From the human T2T-CHM13v2.0 reference genome, Homo sapiens, in assembly GCF_009914755.1 (NCBI RefSeq), contig NC_060933.1: DNA of 64,000 nt. One strand, written 5' to 3'. Below are positions 41,337 through 58,850 of this stretch, one piece after another. The notes under the pieces were generated by a model. The model was not told where the DNA came from. It did no database searches and worked only from the letters and a program-made list of their open reading frames with translations. Position 1 is the stretch's first letter; the number at the start of each line of letters is the position of its first letter. The position numbers and the translations under genes are program-made.

Positions 41337-43467
41337 AATATTAACATTCTTATTTTTTATCCTAATTATATATGAAATACTTTAAAAATTATAACACAAA
41401 TATTACTTGTAATAATAAAACTACTGAGGGAAGTTTAAAATTATTTGCAATTCTTTTTTTCTTAGAATATGTCCCACCAAGAATATATACAAGAGAAACA
41501 TGTTCCAAAGTCACTTGGAATAATTCTTTTCTCTGTGTGATTATGTAACCAATTTGATAGAGTTAAGTTTATTAATGTCAATTTATTTTCAATTTTAGGG
41601 TTAACTTTATTTTCCTTGATTTTATTTTTTTGAAAAATGTCAAACACTTTATGTGGTTCAAAAGTAAATAAGTTATATTCAGACAAGTCTCACTTCCAAC
41701 CCTGTCATTTGATGCTTAAAGTGGTTCATAAAAACATCATGGGGATATAGTCTAGATTTTACCTTTTCTCTCAAGATGTGGAGGAATGTGAGGAGCACAG
41801 AAGAGCAGCAACTTGTAGAAAGAGACACAGTTCAAATCCCATTTCATGTTGGAACTGGGCATTTCCCAGACTTTTTGAGACTTGGTATCTTCACGTGAAA
41901 ATGAGAACAATAGTACCTGCCTCCTAGAAATAGTCTCCAGATTAAATGAGATAATATGTGAAGCACTCCCACCTCACAACTATTTTGGTAAGCAAAATTT
42001 GTAAGATTCCACGTGTTAAAAATCTCTTCCTGTTTACAGTATTCAGAATGGATTCTGTTTCTTGAACCCAATTCTTATGGATATGGTACAAAGCAGACTT
42101 ATACCGGCTCTTGTGTTTCCAGATCACTCCTTTACTTTCCATACTCCATAAATGCAATCTAGTCTCCTAGCAATTGGACCAGGCAGCCAAGTGTCTGCTT
42201 GCCTTTTGAAATTATTTCCCTGCCTTATTCTCCTTTCTATTTTAAACTTTGTCTGCAGGAAGTAAATGTGGTCAGTAAGATAACCTAATTCCCTAGACAG
42301 ATGCAACCATGCTTGTGGACCACAACTGCACTGCAATAATATACTGTAGAGAACACAAACTTTTCTAAGTCCACCATAGTGAATGACATAGATTTTCTTA
42401 GATAAAAATCATGTCAGCATATATCAGTTCAGGCAGATTGTTTTGTTTATTTCTGTATGAAATGAGACCAAGCTAGGCATTTGGTTGAATTGTAGGGGAG
42501 GTGGCAATCTGAGACCTGGTATGTAGCAACCTGGAGGCAAGGCAGGCCAAAAGCATAGGCAGAATGGGCATGGGGTTGTCTGCTCATTGGAGGATCATAA
42601 TCTCTACCGTGACTCTCTTTCCTTGCCCCTTAGACCTCGACCTGAGGCTATGAGTTAATTGAGTCTGGGGATGACATGTGTCACCATGAATCACACTGAT
42701 TCTGTGGAAAAGCATGATCTGAGCCCCAAGCAACAGGAATATAAATGAATCGTCAAATCCCTGGTCATTTATAATTGGGTATGTAAATTACAGCTTCTTG
42801 ATAATATGAAATAGCCAAGGCCTTTTCATTTGTGAAGTCAGAGTAAAGGGTATGTTACTATATCCAAAGACCTCAAAAATAGTTCAAAGGAGATGGAAGT
42901 TTGTTCCTGTCACTAACAATGCTGAGGTCCAGGTTGGTGAATGCTTTTTCTACATGCAGTCACTGATGAACCCAGGTTCCTTCCATCCTGTTGCTGTCAC
43001 CAAGGGCATTGTCTTTGTCTGCATAGTTAGTGCTAGGCCACAGGCACATTCATATTCAGCTCAAGGGAAGAAGGAAGAGAGCTGCTCCGGGACAAGGAGC
43101 TTCTTTACATTGAAGATGACTCAGAAGTTGCATTTAGCACTTCCATGCGTCCCTCACTGGCCTGAACTTAGTCACATGGCCACACTTAGCCGCAAGGGAG
43201 ACTGGTAATGCAGCCTCCAACTGGGCAGCCATACGCCCAGCTAAAATTTCATTACTGTTGAAGAAGGGGAACGTTTTCCTAGACAACTATCAGTCTCTGC
43301 CATGCTCTTCGTCCTGCTTCACGTTCTCCTTCTTGTTCTAGCTGTGAGCCTTTGCCATTCACTAATTTGGGCCTTAGCTGGGGGAAGCCTCCTCAGTGTC
43401 ATCAGACCTCCTGGTGAGGTGCAATTAGCCATTCAAGCTTCTTGACACTGAAAGAAAAGCTGGGCCC

Positions 43468-43901
43468 CACAGCTGGTCCTCCAAGATGGTATCAGTTATA
43501 CCAGTGAAGGAGAAGAAACTCCTGGATGTCAAACTAGGGGAGCTGCCAAGCTGGATACTGATGCAAGATTTCACCCCTAGTGCCATTGCTGGAGCATTTC
43601 AAAGAGGTTTCTACTGGTACTACAACAAGTACATCGACGTGAAGAAAGGGTGTCTCAGGGGGTTCCACGGTACTGGCAGCTTACATGCTCTTCAGCTACT
43701 GCCTTTCCTACAAGGAGCTCAAGCATGAGCAGCTATGCAAGTACCACTGAAGAGGGGCCTGCACGGACAGCACGCTCTGTCGCCCTGACCACGACCTCCT
43801 TTGCCCACACCTGTCCTTGAGGAACGCGATCCTTGCTGAATCCTTTTATATCCTAATGGGAATTAACCTCCACATAAAAGACGACTGGTTAAAAAAGAAA
43901 G
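43468..43901 (+). pseudogene. ATP5MFP: Processed pseudogene of ATP synthase subunit f (ATP5MF/ATP5J2); CDS remnant 43486-43750
   Basis: KKLLDVKLGELPSWILMQDF...YYNKYIDVKKG, frameshift at ~43651, then VLAAYMLFSYCLSYKELKHEQLCKYH*; intronless, A-rich tail, TSD gaaaagctggg (43454-43464 / 43902-43912). Confidence 0.93.
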
Positions 43902-45096
43902 GAAAAGCTGGGGCCCAAAGAGGGATCCCTGGGAGCTCGGACCAGGGCCAGAGCTCTTCTCAGAGCACAAATCTGGCTGTTTTCTAAAAAGACAGTTTTG
44001 ATACGTGGAGCCTTTTTCCACAATATTGTAAGAGATGCTGGCTTGGCTGTGACTGGAGGTGACTCACACCTGCTCTTTGTAGAGAGCATAACACTGTTCC
44101 TGCAAAAGGAAAGCTCATGCCAGGTCACTGGTACCCGCAGACAAGTCTGTTCCTCTTTAAGAGATTCTTAAAGGATTAAAGAGCACGCAGTGCAAAGGCT
44201 TTGGATGTGCTGAGTTGCACGTAGCTGAACTAGAGGCTTCAATAATGTGGACAGAGTGCAAGACCAGAAATTGGAAAATGTTACAGTGGTCTCAGCTCTC
44301 CATTTGTCAGCTATGTGTCCTTGGTCAAGCCACTTCCCAACCATGGGCTTCTGTTTTCTCAATTAAAAAATGTTGACTAAATTGGGTTTATTACTAATCT
44401 TTGCGCTTCTACAGATTATTTCTGAAACTCTTATCATGTTCCAATTTCTGCTTGTCCACTGTGATATAATAAAAAATAAATAAACCTCTGGCCTTTGTCC
44501 CTGGCTCCTGGTGTACAGCTCCTAAACCCTTAGAATCTTTGGGGTGATGAGAGTTTCTTTTGTATGCTAATGAAAGACTGCTGGTGGGGTCCCCTAGGTA
44601 GCTTCAGGATGGGGGCTGGTTGCCAGAAAGACCAAGGATGATCGGAGGTTTGGAAATTCCAGCCTCCCTCTCTACCCTCAGACCTCGAGGGAGAGGAAAG
44701 GAGCTAGAGATTGAGCTAATCACCAACAACCATTGATTTAATCAATCATGCTTAAGTGACAAGGCATCCATAAAAACCCTGAAGTGATGGGGTTTGGAGA
44801 GCTGGAGGTGGTGACCACACAGAGGCGCTGGAAGGGTGGTACACTCCAATAGGGCACAGAAGCTCCACACCCCTTCCCTATACCTCGCCCTGTGTTCTAC
44901 CTCTCTCCCATTTGGCTGTTCTTGAGTCATATCCTGTATAATAAGCCAGTAATAGTAAAGCACCTTCCTGATTTTATGAGTCATTATAGCAAATTATCAA
45001 ACCTGAAGAAGGGGTCACAGGAACCCCCAATTTATAAGCGGTTGGTCAGAAGTGCAGGTGGAAACCTGGGACCTGTAACTACCCTCTGAAGTTGGG

Positions 45097-45990
<894 letters not shown>

Positions 45991-46490
45991 TGGGTGACAG
46001 TTTTATAGGACTGAGCCCTTCACCTGTGGGGTCTGTGCCAACTCTAAGTACTTAATGTTTGGATTGAATTGAATTGCAGGACACCCAGTTGACGTCTAAA
46101 GAGTTGTTAAATTAGTTGGTGTGAAAAATTAAGGGAAATCCCACACATTTGGTGTCAGACATGTTGTGATTAAAAAACGTTCATGTCCATGGCCTCTTCT
46201 TATCTCTTTTCAGAACAGTACAGCAGTAACTATACAGAATAGACAGTTTTTCCCTTCTCTCCTCACTGTTTCTCCTGTGTCCATTACCAAATGTGGAAAA
46301 TCCAAGGACTCCCAAGTGACTCTCCCTTTGTACTTCCTGGGGACCAGGATCCTGGGCTAGTACTTTCGGCCAGGCTCAGCAGGTGTCTAAGGGATTTTAA
46401 CACAGCGTTGACAAATGGTTCCCACAATCCAAGTTTATGGAGAGACTGAAGTAGGCATCAGGCACTGACAGAAATGAAAACTGTGTACAA

Positions 46491-47241
46491 CTGATCATTA
46501 GGGATATGAAAATCAAAACCATAATGAGATTCCATCTCACACCAGTGAAAACAACTATTACTAAAAAGTCAAAAAATACAGATGCTGGTGAGGTTGTAAG
46601 AAAAGAGAACACTTATACACTGTTAATGGGAGTATAAATTAGTTCAACCATTGTGAAAAGTAGTATGGCAATTCCTCAAAGAGCTAAAAGCAGAACTACC
46701 ATTTGGCCTAACAATCCCATTACTGGGTATACACCTAGAGAAATATAAATCATTCTACCATAAAGATACATGCACGTGAATGTTCATTGCAGCACTAGTC
46801 ACAATAGCAAAGGCATGGAACCAACGTAAATGCCCATCAATGACAGATTGGACAAAGAAAATGTGGTACATATACACCTTGGAATACTATGCAGCCATAA
46901 AAAAGAATGAGATCATTCCTTTTACAGGCACGTGGATGGAGCTGGAGGCCATCAGCCTTAGCAAACTAACACAGGAACAGAAAGCCAAATACCACATGTT
47001 CTCCTAAGTGGGAGCTAAATGACAAGGACTCATGGACGCAAAGAAGGGTACGACAGACACTGGGGTCTACTTGAGGGTGGGAGGAGGGAGAGGAGCAGAA
47101 AAAATAACCATTGGGTACTAGGCTTAGTACTTGGGTGACAAAATAATCTGTACAACAAATTCCTGTGACACAAGTTTACCTAGACAAAAAGCCTGCATTT
47201 GTACCTCCAAACCTAAAGTAAAAAAAAAAAAAAAAAACAAA
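46491..47241 (+). mobile_element. 5'-truncated L1 (old L1PA) 3' end
   Basis: L1 ORF2 end, 3'UTR and poly-A; degenerate TSD gaaaactgtgtacaa / gaaaaatgtgtgcaa. Confidence 0.9.
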
Positions 47242-47436
47242 GAAAAATGTGTGCAATCATTGGAGCAATATTTCTTAAGATTCTATGGACACATTCAAAG
47301 CGTGAGTGGAGGCATCCTGAGGCAGAGTCTTGTTTCCAGGGGTGAAAATGAAGAAAGTCATAGATGTCCACAAAAGTCATTCCAGGATGACGAAAGAAAT
47401 AAAATGCAAATAGGAGCCACTTTTTGCAGGTTCTTA

Positions 47437-47781
<345 letters not shown>

Positions 47782-48387
47782 ATTCACACTTGGAGAGAAA
47801 AACAAAAGTAATAAAAAGGTAGAAAGCAAAAAGTGACTTCTTCCTTCACCCCAGTTCCCTGGTTTCTCAGTTCTCTCCAAGACCTGCCTTCCAGGTCAGC
47901 CCACACCCATCCAAGCATATATGCAGGTCCGTAACTTTGTGGGGATTTCATGGTTGCCCTGGGTTTTATGGGATTGCCTTACTAAGTTAAATCAGAGAAA
48001 ATCAGAGTTGCAAGTAGAGCACTGGCCAGATGGCGACCTCAGCATTCTTTTTCATCTCTCATTCAGTCTTTTGGAAATTTCATAATACATGTCCTTGGCT
48101 TTCCTCACATCTAATCTGAAGCTTCCCAGACCTCTACACCTGACTCTGGCCTTTTTTTAGAGCCTGTATTTAATTCCAGCCACATCTCTTCACATAGACT
48201 GGGCACTCAGGTACAAACAGAATTGATCACTTTCTCTGAAACCTACTTCTCTTTGCCTTTTCCCGGACTCCAGCTTTTCCCACTCAACCCCATTGGGAAT
48301 GTCATTCTTCTTTTTCTCCACCTTCTGCCTCATGGCTCTGCTCCTCCAGTTAGTTGAGTCCAGGAATAACTTGAAACTCTGGAATGC

Positions 48388-48675
48388 TTTTTTTTTTTGA
48401 GACAGGGTCTCACTCTGTTGCCCAGGCTGGAGTGCAGTGGTGCAATCTCGGGTCACTGCAACCTCCACCTCCCGGTTCAAGTGATCTCATGCCTCAGCTT
48501 CTGAGTAGCTGGGATAACAGGCATGCAACACCATGCCTAATTTTTTTGTATTTTCAGTAGACAGGGTTTTGCTATGTTGGCCAGGTTGGTCTTGAACTCC
48601 TAGGAGGCCTCAAGTGTTCCAGCCACCTCAGCCTCCCTAAGTGTTGGGATTACAGGCATAAGCCACCGTGCCCAG
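48388..48675 (-). mobile_element. Alu
   Basis: Antisense dimer. Confidence 0.92.
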
Positions 48676-49024
48676 ACTCTCTTTTTCACCTTTTTCCACT
48701 GCTCTCATTAGTTTTATCATCACCACTCACTCTGTACCAGGCATTCCCCTAAGTGTCTTACGAATGTAGACTCATTTTATCCTCACAACAACCTGACAAG
48801 GTTGGTACTATTATTATATCCATTTTATAGATGAGAAAACTGAGACTAAAATAATAAAATCTCCATTCCCTAACTTCCCAGACTCCAATGTGCCTCCTGT
48901 ACCTAGATCTTCTGTGGCCTCTGCAGCATTCAAGACCCAACTCAGCTGTTAATTCCTCCAGGAAATCTTCCTAGAGTCCCTACTATTATCATAATTTCAG
49001 ACTTTTAGTCTTTCGTCTCCCATG

Positions 49025-49157
49025 CAGGGTTGTCAAATAACATACTGCCCCAAAAAGTTGCATGGTTCATATTTACACTGAAAAAATACTTTTTGTTTAT
49101 TGAAATTCCAATTTAACTGGGCATCATTATCTATATTTGCTAAATCTGACAACCATC
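49025..49157. mobile_element. MER53-like hAT MITE
   Basis: Inverted termini ggttgtcaaat / atctgacaacc; gaaattccaatttaactgggcatc core. Confidence 0.65.
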
Positions 49158-49308
49158 CCCACCTAAAACCATAAACAATTTGATAGCAGGGCTTATGCAT
49201 TTTTACTTTGCACCCGCCCACCCTCAGGGGCTGGCAGAGTGTGGACCAAGTGAGTACTCATTCTGCTCATTGTACCGAATTGAAGTCAGGTGCTTAAAAG
49301 AGGTTTCT

Positions 49309-49425
49309 GGCTGAGGCAGAGAATTGCTTGAACCTGGGAGGCGGAGGTTGCAGTGAGCGAAGACCGTGCCACTGCACTCCGGTCTGGGTGACAGTGTGAG
49401 GCTCCGTCTCAAAAAAAAAAAAAAA
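49309..49425 (+). mobile_element. 5'-truncated Alu
   Basis: Right-arm portion with A tail; TSD aggtttc. Confidence 0.88.
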
Positions 49426-50077
49426 GGTTTCCTTTGTCTGCTTTTATCATCCTGCCATAAGGAATAGTCTTCTTAAGTACTCCCAATGCACCAGACACAG
49501 TGCTATGTGCACAGCAACTAAATCCAACACAAAACTGAGTTCAGTTTGCCCATCTATAAAAAGAGAATACTGTTAAACACCCACCTAGTAGTCTTTCTTC
49601 TGGGATACTTGTGAGAATCAAATGTAAAAAAGGAAGTGCAATGGTGCTTTGTAACTGCAAAGTGCTGCTGTGAAGGATGACTATCACTAACATTGGCAGC
49701 TCAAATTTAGCAATAGGGAAATAGACAACCTATATCTAATTCAGTTTTTCAATAGTTTTATATATTGAAAGCTACTGATGGTTTGCTAAGGAATAGCATG
49801 GAATTTGGCAATCTAAGAGCCAGGGTGAAGTGAAAGCTCAGATAAGGAGGGAGAAGGAATTGAAAAGATGAGAGGAGCCAGGTGGTCCCTGATAGCCAGG
49901 AAGACTGTAACAAGAAGAGCAGAGGGGAAGTATCCGTTGGAGACAGTAGTAGGTACTGCCTAAATACTGCCCTGATAGGTGCCCATGCAGAAACCCCAAT
50001 CCACAGGGACCCAGGCCGATGCCAGGAAGCTCACACAAGATTGCCAAATGGCTTTCCATGTCATTTTTCATAGTACC

Positions 50078-50453
50078 TTAATTAGTTCGTTCTCACAGTG
50101 CTATAAAGAACTGAGACTGGGTCCTTTATGAAGAAAAGGCTTGATTGACTCACAGTTCCGCAGGCTGTACAGGAAGCACGGCTAGGAGGCCTCAGGAAAC
50201 TAACAATCACGGTGGAAGGCGAAGGGAAAGCAAGCACGTCTCACCTTAGCGAAGCAGGAGAAAAAAAGCGGTGAGGAAAGCGCCACACGCTTTTAAGCTG
50301 TCAGATCTCGTGAGAACTCACTCACTCTCGCGAAAACAGCATGGGGAAAACTGCCCCCATGATCCAGTCACCTCCCACCAGGTCCCTCCACTGACACATG
50401 GGGATGATAATTCGAGATGAGATTTGGGAGGGGACACAGAACCAAACCATATC
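50078..50453 (-). mobile_element. MST (MSTA-like) LTR, CpG-rich
   Basis: attagttcgttctcac...ggacacagaaccaaaccatatca. Confidence 0.88.
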
Positions 50454-50759
50454 AGTTTGTTTCTTTAAAGAAATTGCCTTCCTTACAAACAAAACAAAAC
50501 TGAAAATTAGCAGAGTGAGGTTCAGGTTTAGCTAGGGGCATGAGATTATTTTCCCTGCCTGAAACTCCATTGTCATGCTACATATAATGTGGTCCCAGGG
50601 TGGCAGCATCTGCCTCACTTGAAAACACGTGAGAAATGCAAAATCAGAATCTACATTTTTGGCAAGATCCTCAGGTGATTCACATAAATATTAAAATTTG
50701 AGAATCTTTTCCACCTTCTGAATCCCAGGTGATGTTAGTTCAATTAACATTAAAACTGA

Positions 50760-50944
50760 CTCCTCATGCTCCACACAGTTGGCTAAGATATTGGTTTTCA
50801 AACTTGGCTGCACATTGGAATCATCTGAAAACTTAAAACAAATATTAATACCTAGTCCCAGCCTTAGAGATTTTGATTCAAAAGGTCTAAGGTGTGGCTT
50901 GGACGTTAGGATATATATTTTTTCCCTGTCTATTTAAGTTTTTT
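50760..50944 (+). repeat. Direct repeat, copy 1 (matches 52892-53084)
   Basis: ctcctcatgctccacacagttggctaagatat...tatttaagttttt present in both copies. Confidence 0.92.
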
Positions 50945-51192
50945 CATGTTGTACAATTCAACATGAGATTTGGGTGGGAAACAGAAAGCCAAACCACATC
51001 AGTACCATTTCACCAGTTTAGGAAAATAAAATCAAGAACAGTGAAATGCCTTGTGCAACTTCTTCAAGGCTCAGACATCCTCAAGTTAGGACTGAAACCA
51101 GCCATGTCTCTCCAAGACCTGGGCCGGTAGAAAGGTTGCTTCTTGGTTTCAAAAGGAAAAAGAGAATAGGATGCAAAAACATAAAAAAATCC

Positions 51193-51491
51193 TTTTTTTT
51201 TTTTTTTTTTTGAGGTAGGGTCTAGCTCTGTCACCCAGGCCACAGTGCAGTGGCGTGATCATGGCTCACTGCTGCCTTGACTTCCCAGACTCCAAGGATC
51301 CTCCCACCTCAGCCTCCTGAGTAGCTGGGACCACAGGCACATGCCACCACACCCAGCTTATTTTTGTGTTTTTGGTAGAGGTGGGGTTTCACCATGTTGC
51401 TCAGGCTGGTCTCAAACTCCTGAGCTCAAGCAATCCTCACCCTGGCCTCCCAAAGTGCTGGAATTACTGGTGTGAGCCACTGCACCCAGCT
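51193..51491 (-). mobile_element. Alu (AluJ-like)
   Basis: Antisense dimer. Confidence 0.92.
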
Positions 51492-52891
51492 GCCCACTGA
51501 CTTTAATTATACCTTCTCCAATCTCTTAAGATTCATTTGGTGAGTTGCTCCTAATTCATTGAGCCAGATTGTTAAGGATTTAACTTAACTGGGAACCAGC
51601 AAACCCAAATAAAGTGAATGAAAAAATGTTCTTCAGAGGTGGAAAGATGGTGTGTAGCTAGTTTACGCAAAGCTCTAAATTCTTGGGAGATGATTAGAAA
51701 AACTTTGCCAAATGGCCAGTTCTGAGGCTGATCCCGTGCTCCAAATCCCTTTGGGAGGTAGAAGACCTTGAATTACTTGGTCTCTATATAAACACAGCTG
51801 GTCAATCAAGTAATTGTCTTAATAATCCAAAAAAGCATCTAGACATTTGATCCAGACATTTCCAGTTGCATATATGGACTTTTAAACATAAAATTGTCTC
51901 AGTTTTCTGTTATATTTTGAATAGATCCCTCTTTGACTTTATTTTTACAAATGTTCTAGTAATTTAATTGATTTAATTTATAACAGAAGCACATACAAAG
52001 AGAATAGCTTCCTTCTCCTTTACATTGTCATTCTTTTCACTTGGTGAAAGCCTGATGCCAGAATCACCTTTTTCCATACTTAATGTGTTTTTAACTACCT
52101 TTGTAATCAAACACAGGCATGAAAAGGGATTTAATATTCACTAATGGGATGCCGCAAGTCCTAGCTTGTTCTTATCCCAGGTGGCCTCTCACTTCTTGCT
52201 GGGCATAAATTATTTGTGAATCAGGCACTTTCTCATTCTCAACATCCATTTTTCTCTCTTATGCTTAGCTTCATCTGTATTGGCAAAGTGAAGTGCACAA
52301 TTCAGATGATGACCCAGATAACGCAACCAAAATTGCCCTTACAGGAATTTTATTTACATATTCATTTAAGTCTCTTAGACTTGAAAGCAGGGACTTACTT
52401 TTAAATCTAAGTGACCTTGACAACCACCTCTGTTGGGTAAACTATGGCAGATGGAGTTTTGCTGGAACAGAATCTGTACCGCTAAAGCCAAAAGTATTAT
52501 TATTTATTACCTTTTGTGTGCCTCAGGCTTCTCGTTATAAAATTAGGATCACAACTCCTACACTGCTGAGTTGTTGATGAGATTAAATGAGATACTAAAC
52601 ATGAAAATATCTGCCTACAGCACATACTTAAAAACACACATATTTGTACATATGTACAATATACATTGCCCGTTGATCAGGAGATTTACATTACACTTTA
52701 CAATTTATAAAACACTTAACCTGCATTTTCTCCTTGATCTGCAAATCAGTGCTGGGAAGTAAGGACAGGTTATAACCAATTTACAAAGAAGAGCCCAAGG
52801 CTACAAGAGTTTAAATGGCTTGCCCGAGACCACACAACTCGTCTCCACTGATGTGTACAGCCCCAAAGCTCTCCACGGCCTCCTATGCTGG

Positions 52892-53084
52892 CTCCTCATG
52901 CTCCACACAGTTGGCTAAGATATCGGTTTTCAAACTTGGCTGCAAGTTTCAAACTGGAATCATCTGAAAAACTTATAAATATTAATACCTGGTCCCACCC
53001 TTAGACATTTTGATTTAAAAGGTCTAAGCTGTGGCTTGAACATTAGGATATATATTTTTTCCCTATCTATGTATTTAAGTTTTT
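52892..53084 (+). repeat. Direct repeat, copy 2 (matches 50760-50944)
   Basis: Same block, with a MER5-like piece plus flanks. Confidence 0.92.
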
Positions 53085-53089
53085 ACTTC

Positions 53090-54430
<1,341 letters not shown>

Positions 54431-54438
54431 TTTTTTAG

Positions 54439-54729
<291 letters not shown>

Positions 54730-54795
54730 CTCTGTAGATTGTCTTTCTTTTTTTTTTTTTTTTTTAGTTTCATTTAAGAAAATTAATAGACTTTA

Positions 54796-57116
<2,321 letters not shown>

Positions 57117-57175
57117 ATTACAGGCGTGAGCCACTGTGCCTGGGCTATAAAGTTAATTTCTTAGAAAGACCTTGG

Positions 57176-57488
57176 GGCCAGGCGCAGTGGCCCATGCCTG
57201 TAATCCCAGAAATTTTGGAGGCCAAGGCGGGCAGATCACCTGAGGTCAGGAGTTCAAGACCAGCCTGGCCAACATGGTGAAACCCCATCTCTTCTAAAAA
57301 TACAAAAATTAGCTGGGCATGGTGGGTGCCTGTAATCCCAGCTACTCAGGAGGCTGAGGCAGGAGAATTGCTTGAACCAGGGAGGCGGAGGTTGTATGAG
57401 CTGAGACTGCACCATCACACTCCATCCTGGGCGACAAGAGCGAAACTCCATCTCAAAAGAAAAAAAAAAGAGAAAAGAAAAAGAAAAA
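57176..57488 (+). mobile_element. Alu (AluS)
   Basis: Dimer; TSD aaagaccttggg. Confidence 0.93.
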
Positions 57489-58359
57489 GACCTTGGGCAA
57501 ATAACTCTTACAGCAAACTTAGGAACAAACATTTGAGGGAGAGAGATCAGACTGCCTGGACAGTGAGGAAAACAAGCCTCTTGCCATGTGGAAGTGGTAG
57601 GACTTCACCACTTGATGTCACTCTAATGCTTATGTCTCTGGAAGGTTCCAGCAAGACAAATCTCTTCTTTGCTAAAAGATTGGCATTTTTAACTTTGAAA
57701 CCTCAGGATAATGACTATGAAATTACATCAAATTTGTTGTACATGATTTGAAAGCAATTTTTATATGTAAATTTTTCTTCTTGGAAAAGAGATTGATAAT
57801 TTTCAGAAAAGTAGGAGACAAGGGCAAAAAGGCATTGCGGAATCTCAAAACTTCGATTTAGCACAAGACTTTGGTTTACCAGATGGGTGACCTTGCACAA
57901 GACTCCTAACCTTTCCAAGCCTCAGTGTCCTCACCTGTAAAATGGGGGGAAATACTGTAATGTCCACCTCACAGACTGGGAATAAATGAGTTCATTTGGC
58001 ATGTACTAAGCACCAACTCTGTGCCATGCTCTGCACCAGACTCTGAGAAAACTAAAATGAGGGAAGCACAGTTCCTGCCCTCAAGAAGCTCTGAGTCTAG
58101 CCTTAGGGACAAATATCTAAGAAGTGAATATATAAGATAGCAGTCAACAGACACTCTTTGGTCTCTGCCTTCAGTGTAGTATGTTATCTGATATCCTCTG
58201 GTACCTTGATAAAAATTATTCTTATGTAGTTTCTTCGTAAGGAAAAAATGAATTGTTGGTCTTAATATTTCAATTAAAAGAGGCCTCTCCAACCCCAGTC
58301 TCTTCTCCATGCAAACCTGCTCCAGAGGAATGCTGTTGTTGAGAAGGAAATTGACGCAG

Positions 58360-58850
58360 CTAGAATGCTCTCAGTTGCAAGTAACAGACACACAACCCTA
58401 AGGCACATGAATGATGAAGTTGAATGCATGGCTCACAGAACTGAAATACCTGGGAGTGGGTTCAAACTCTAGGCATGGTTTGATTCAGAGGTTCACTTCG
58501 TCCCCAGGGCACCAGCTTTGTTTCTCTGAGCTCCACAATCCTTGGTGGGTCAGCTTCAAGCTGGCTTCTTTCCTAGTCATAAATGCCACAGCAGTGCCAG
58601 GACACACCCCTCAACTTCACATCAAGCTTCCAAGCAAAAAGCGTAGGACTCACTCTCCAGGACTCACTCTACTGAGATCGCATGTTCACCCAGAACCAAT
58701 CATTATGGCCAAGGAGATGGATGCTCCGACTGGCTGAGCCTAAATCACATGCTCTGCCCTCGGTGCTGGAAGGGAAGTCAGTCCTGGGCCACGTCCGATG
58801 CCCATGCAGAAACCAGGAGTTGTGGAAAGTGATAACAGGAAAGTTGGAGG
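58360..58850 (-). mobile_element. Old MLT1 LTR
   Basis: agttgcaagtaacaga...aggcatggtttgattcag...gaaccaatca...atcacatgc motifs. Confidence 0.55.
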
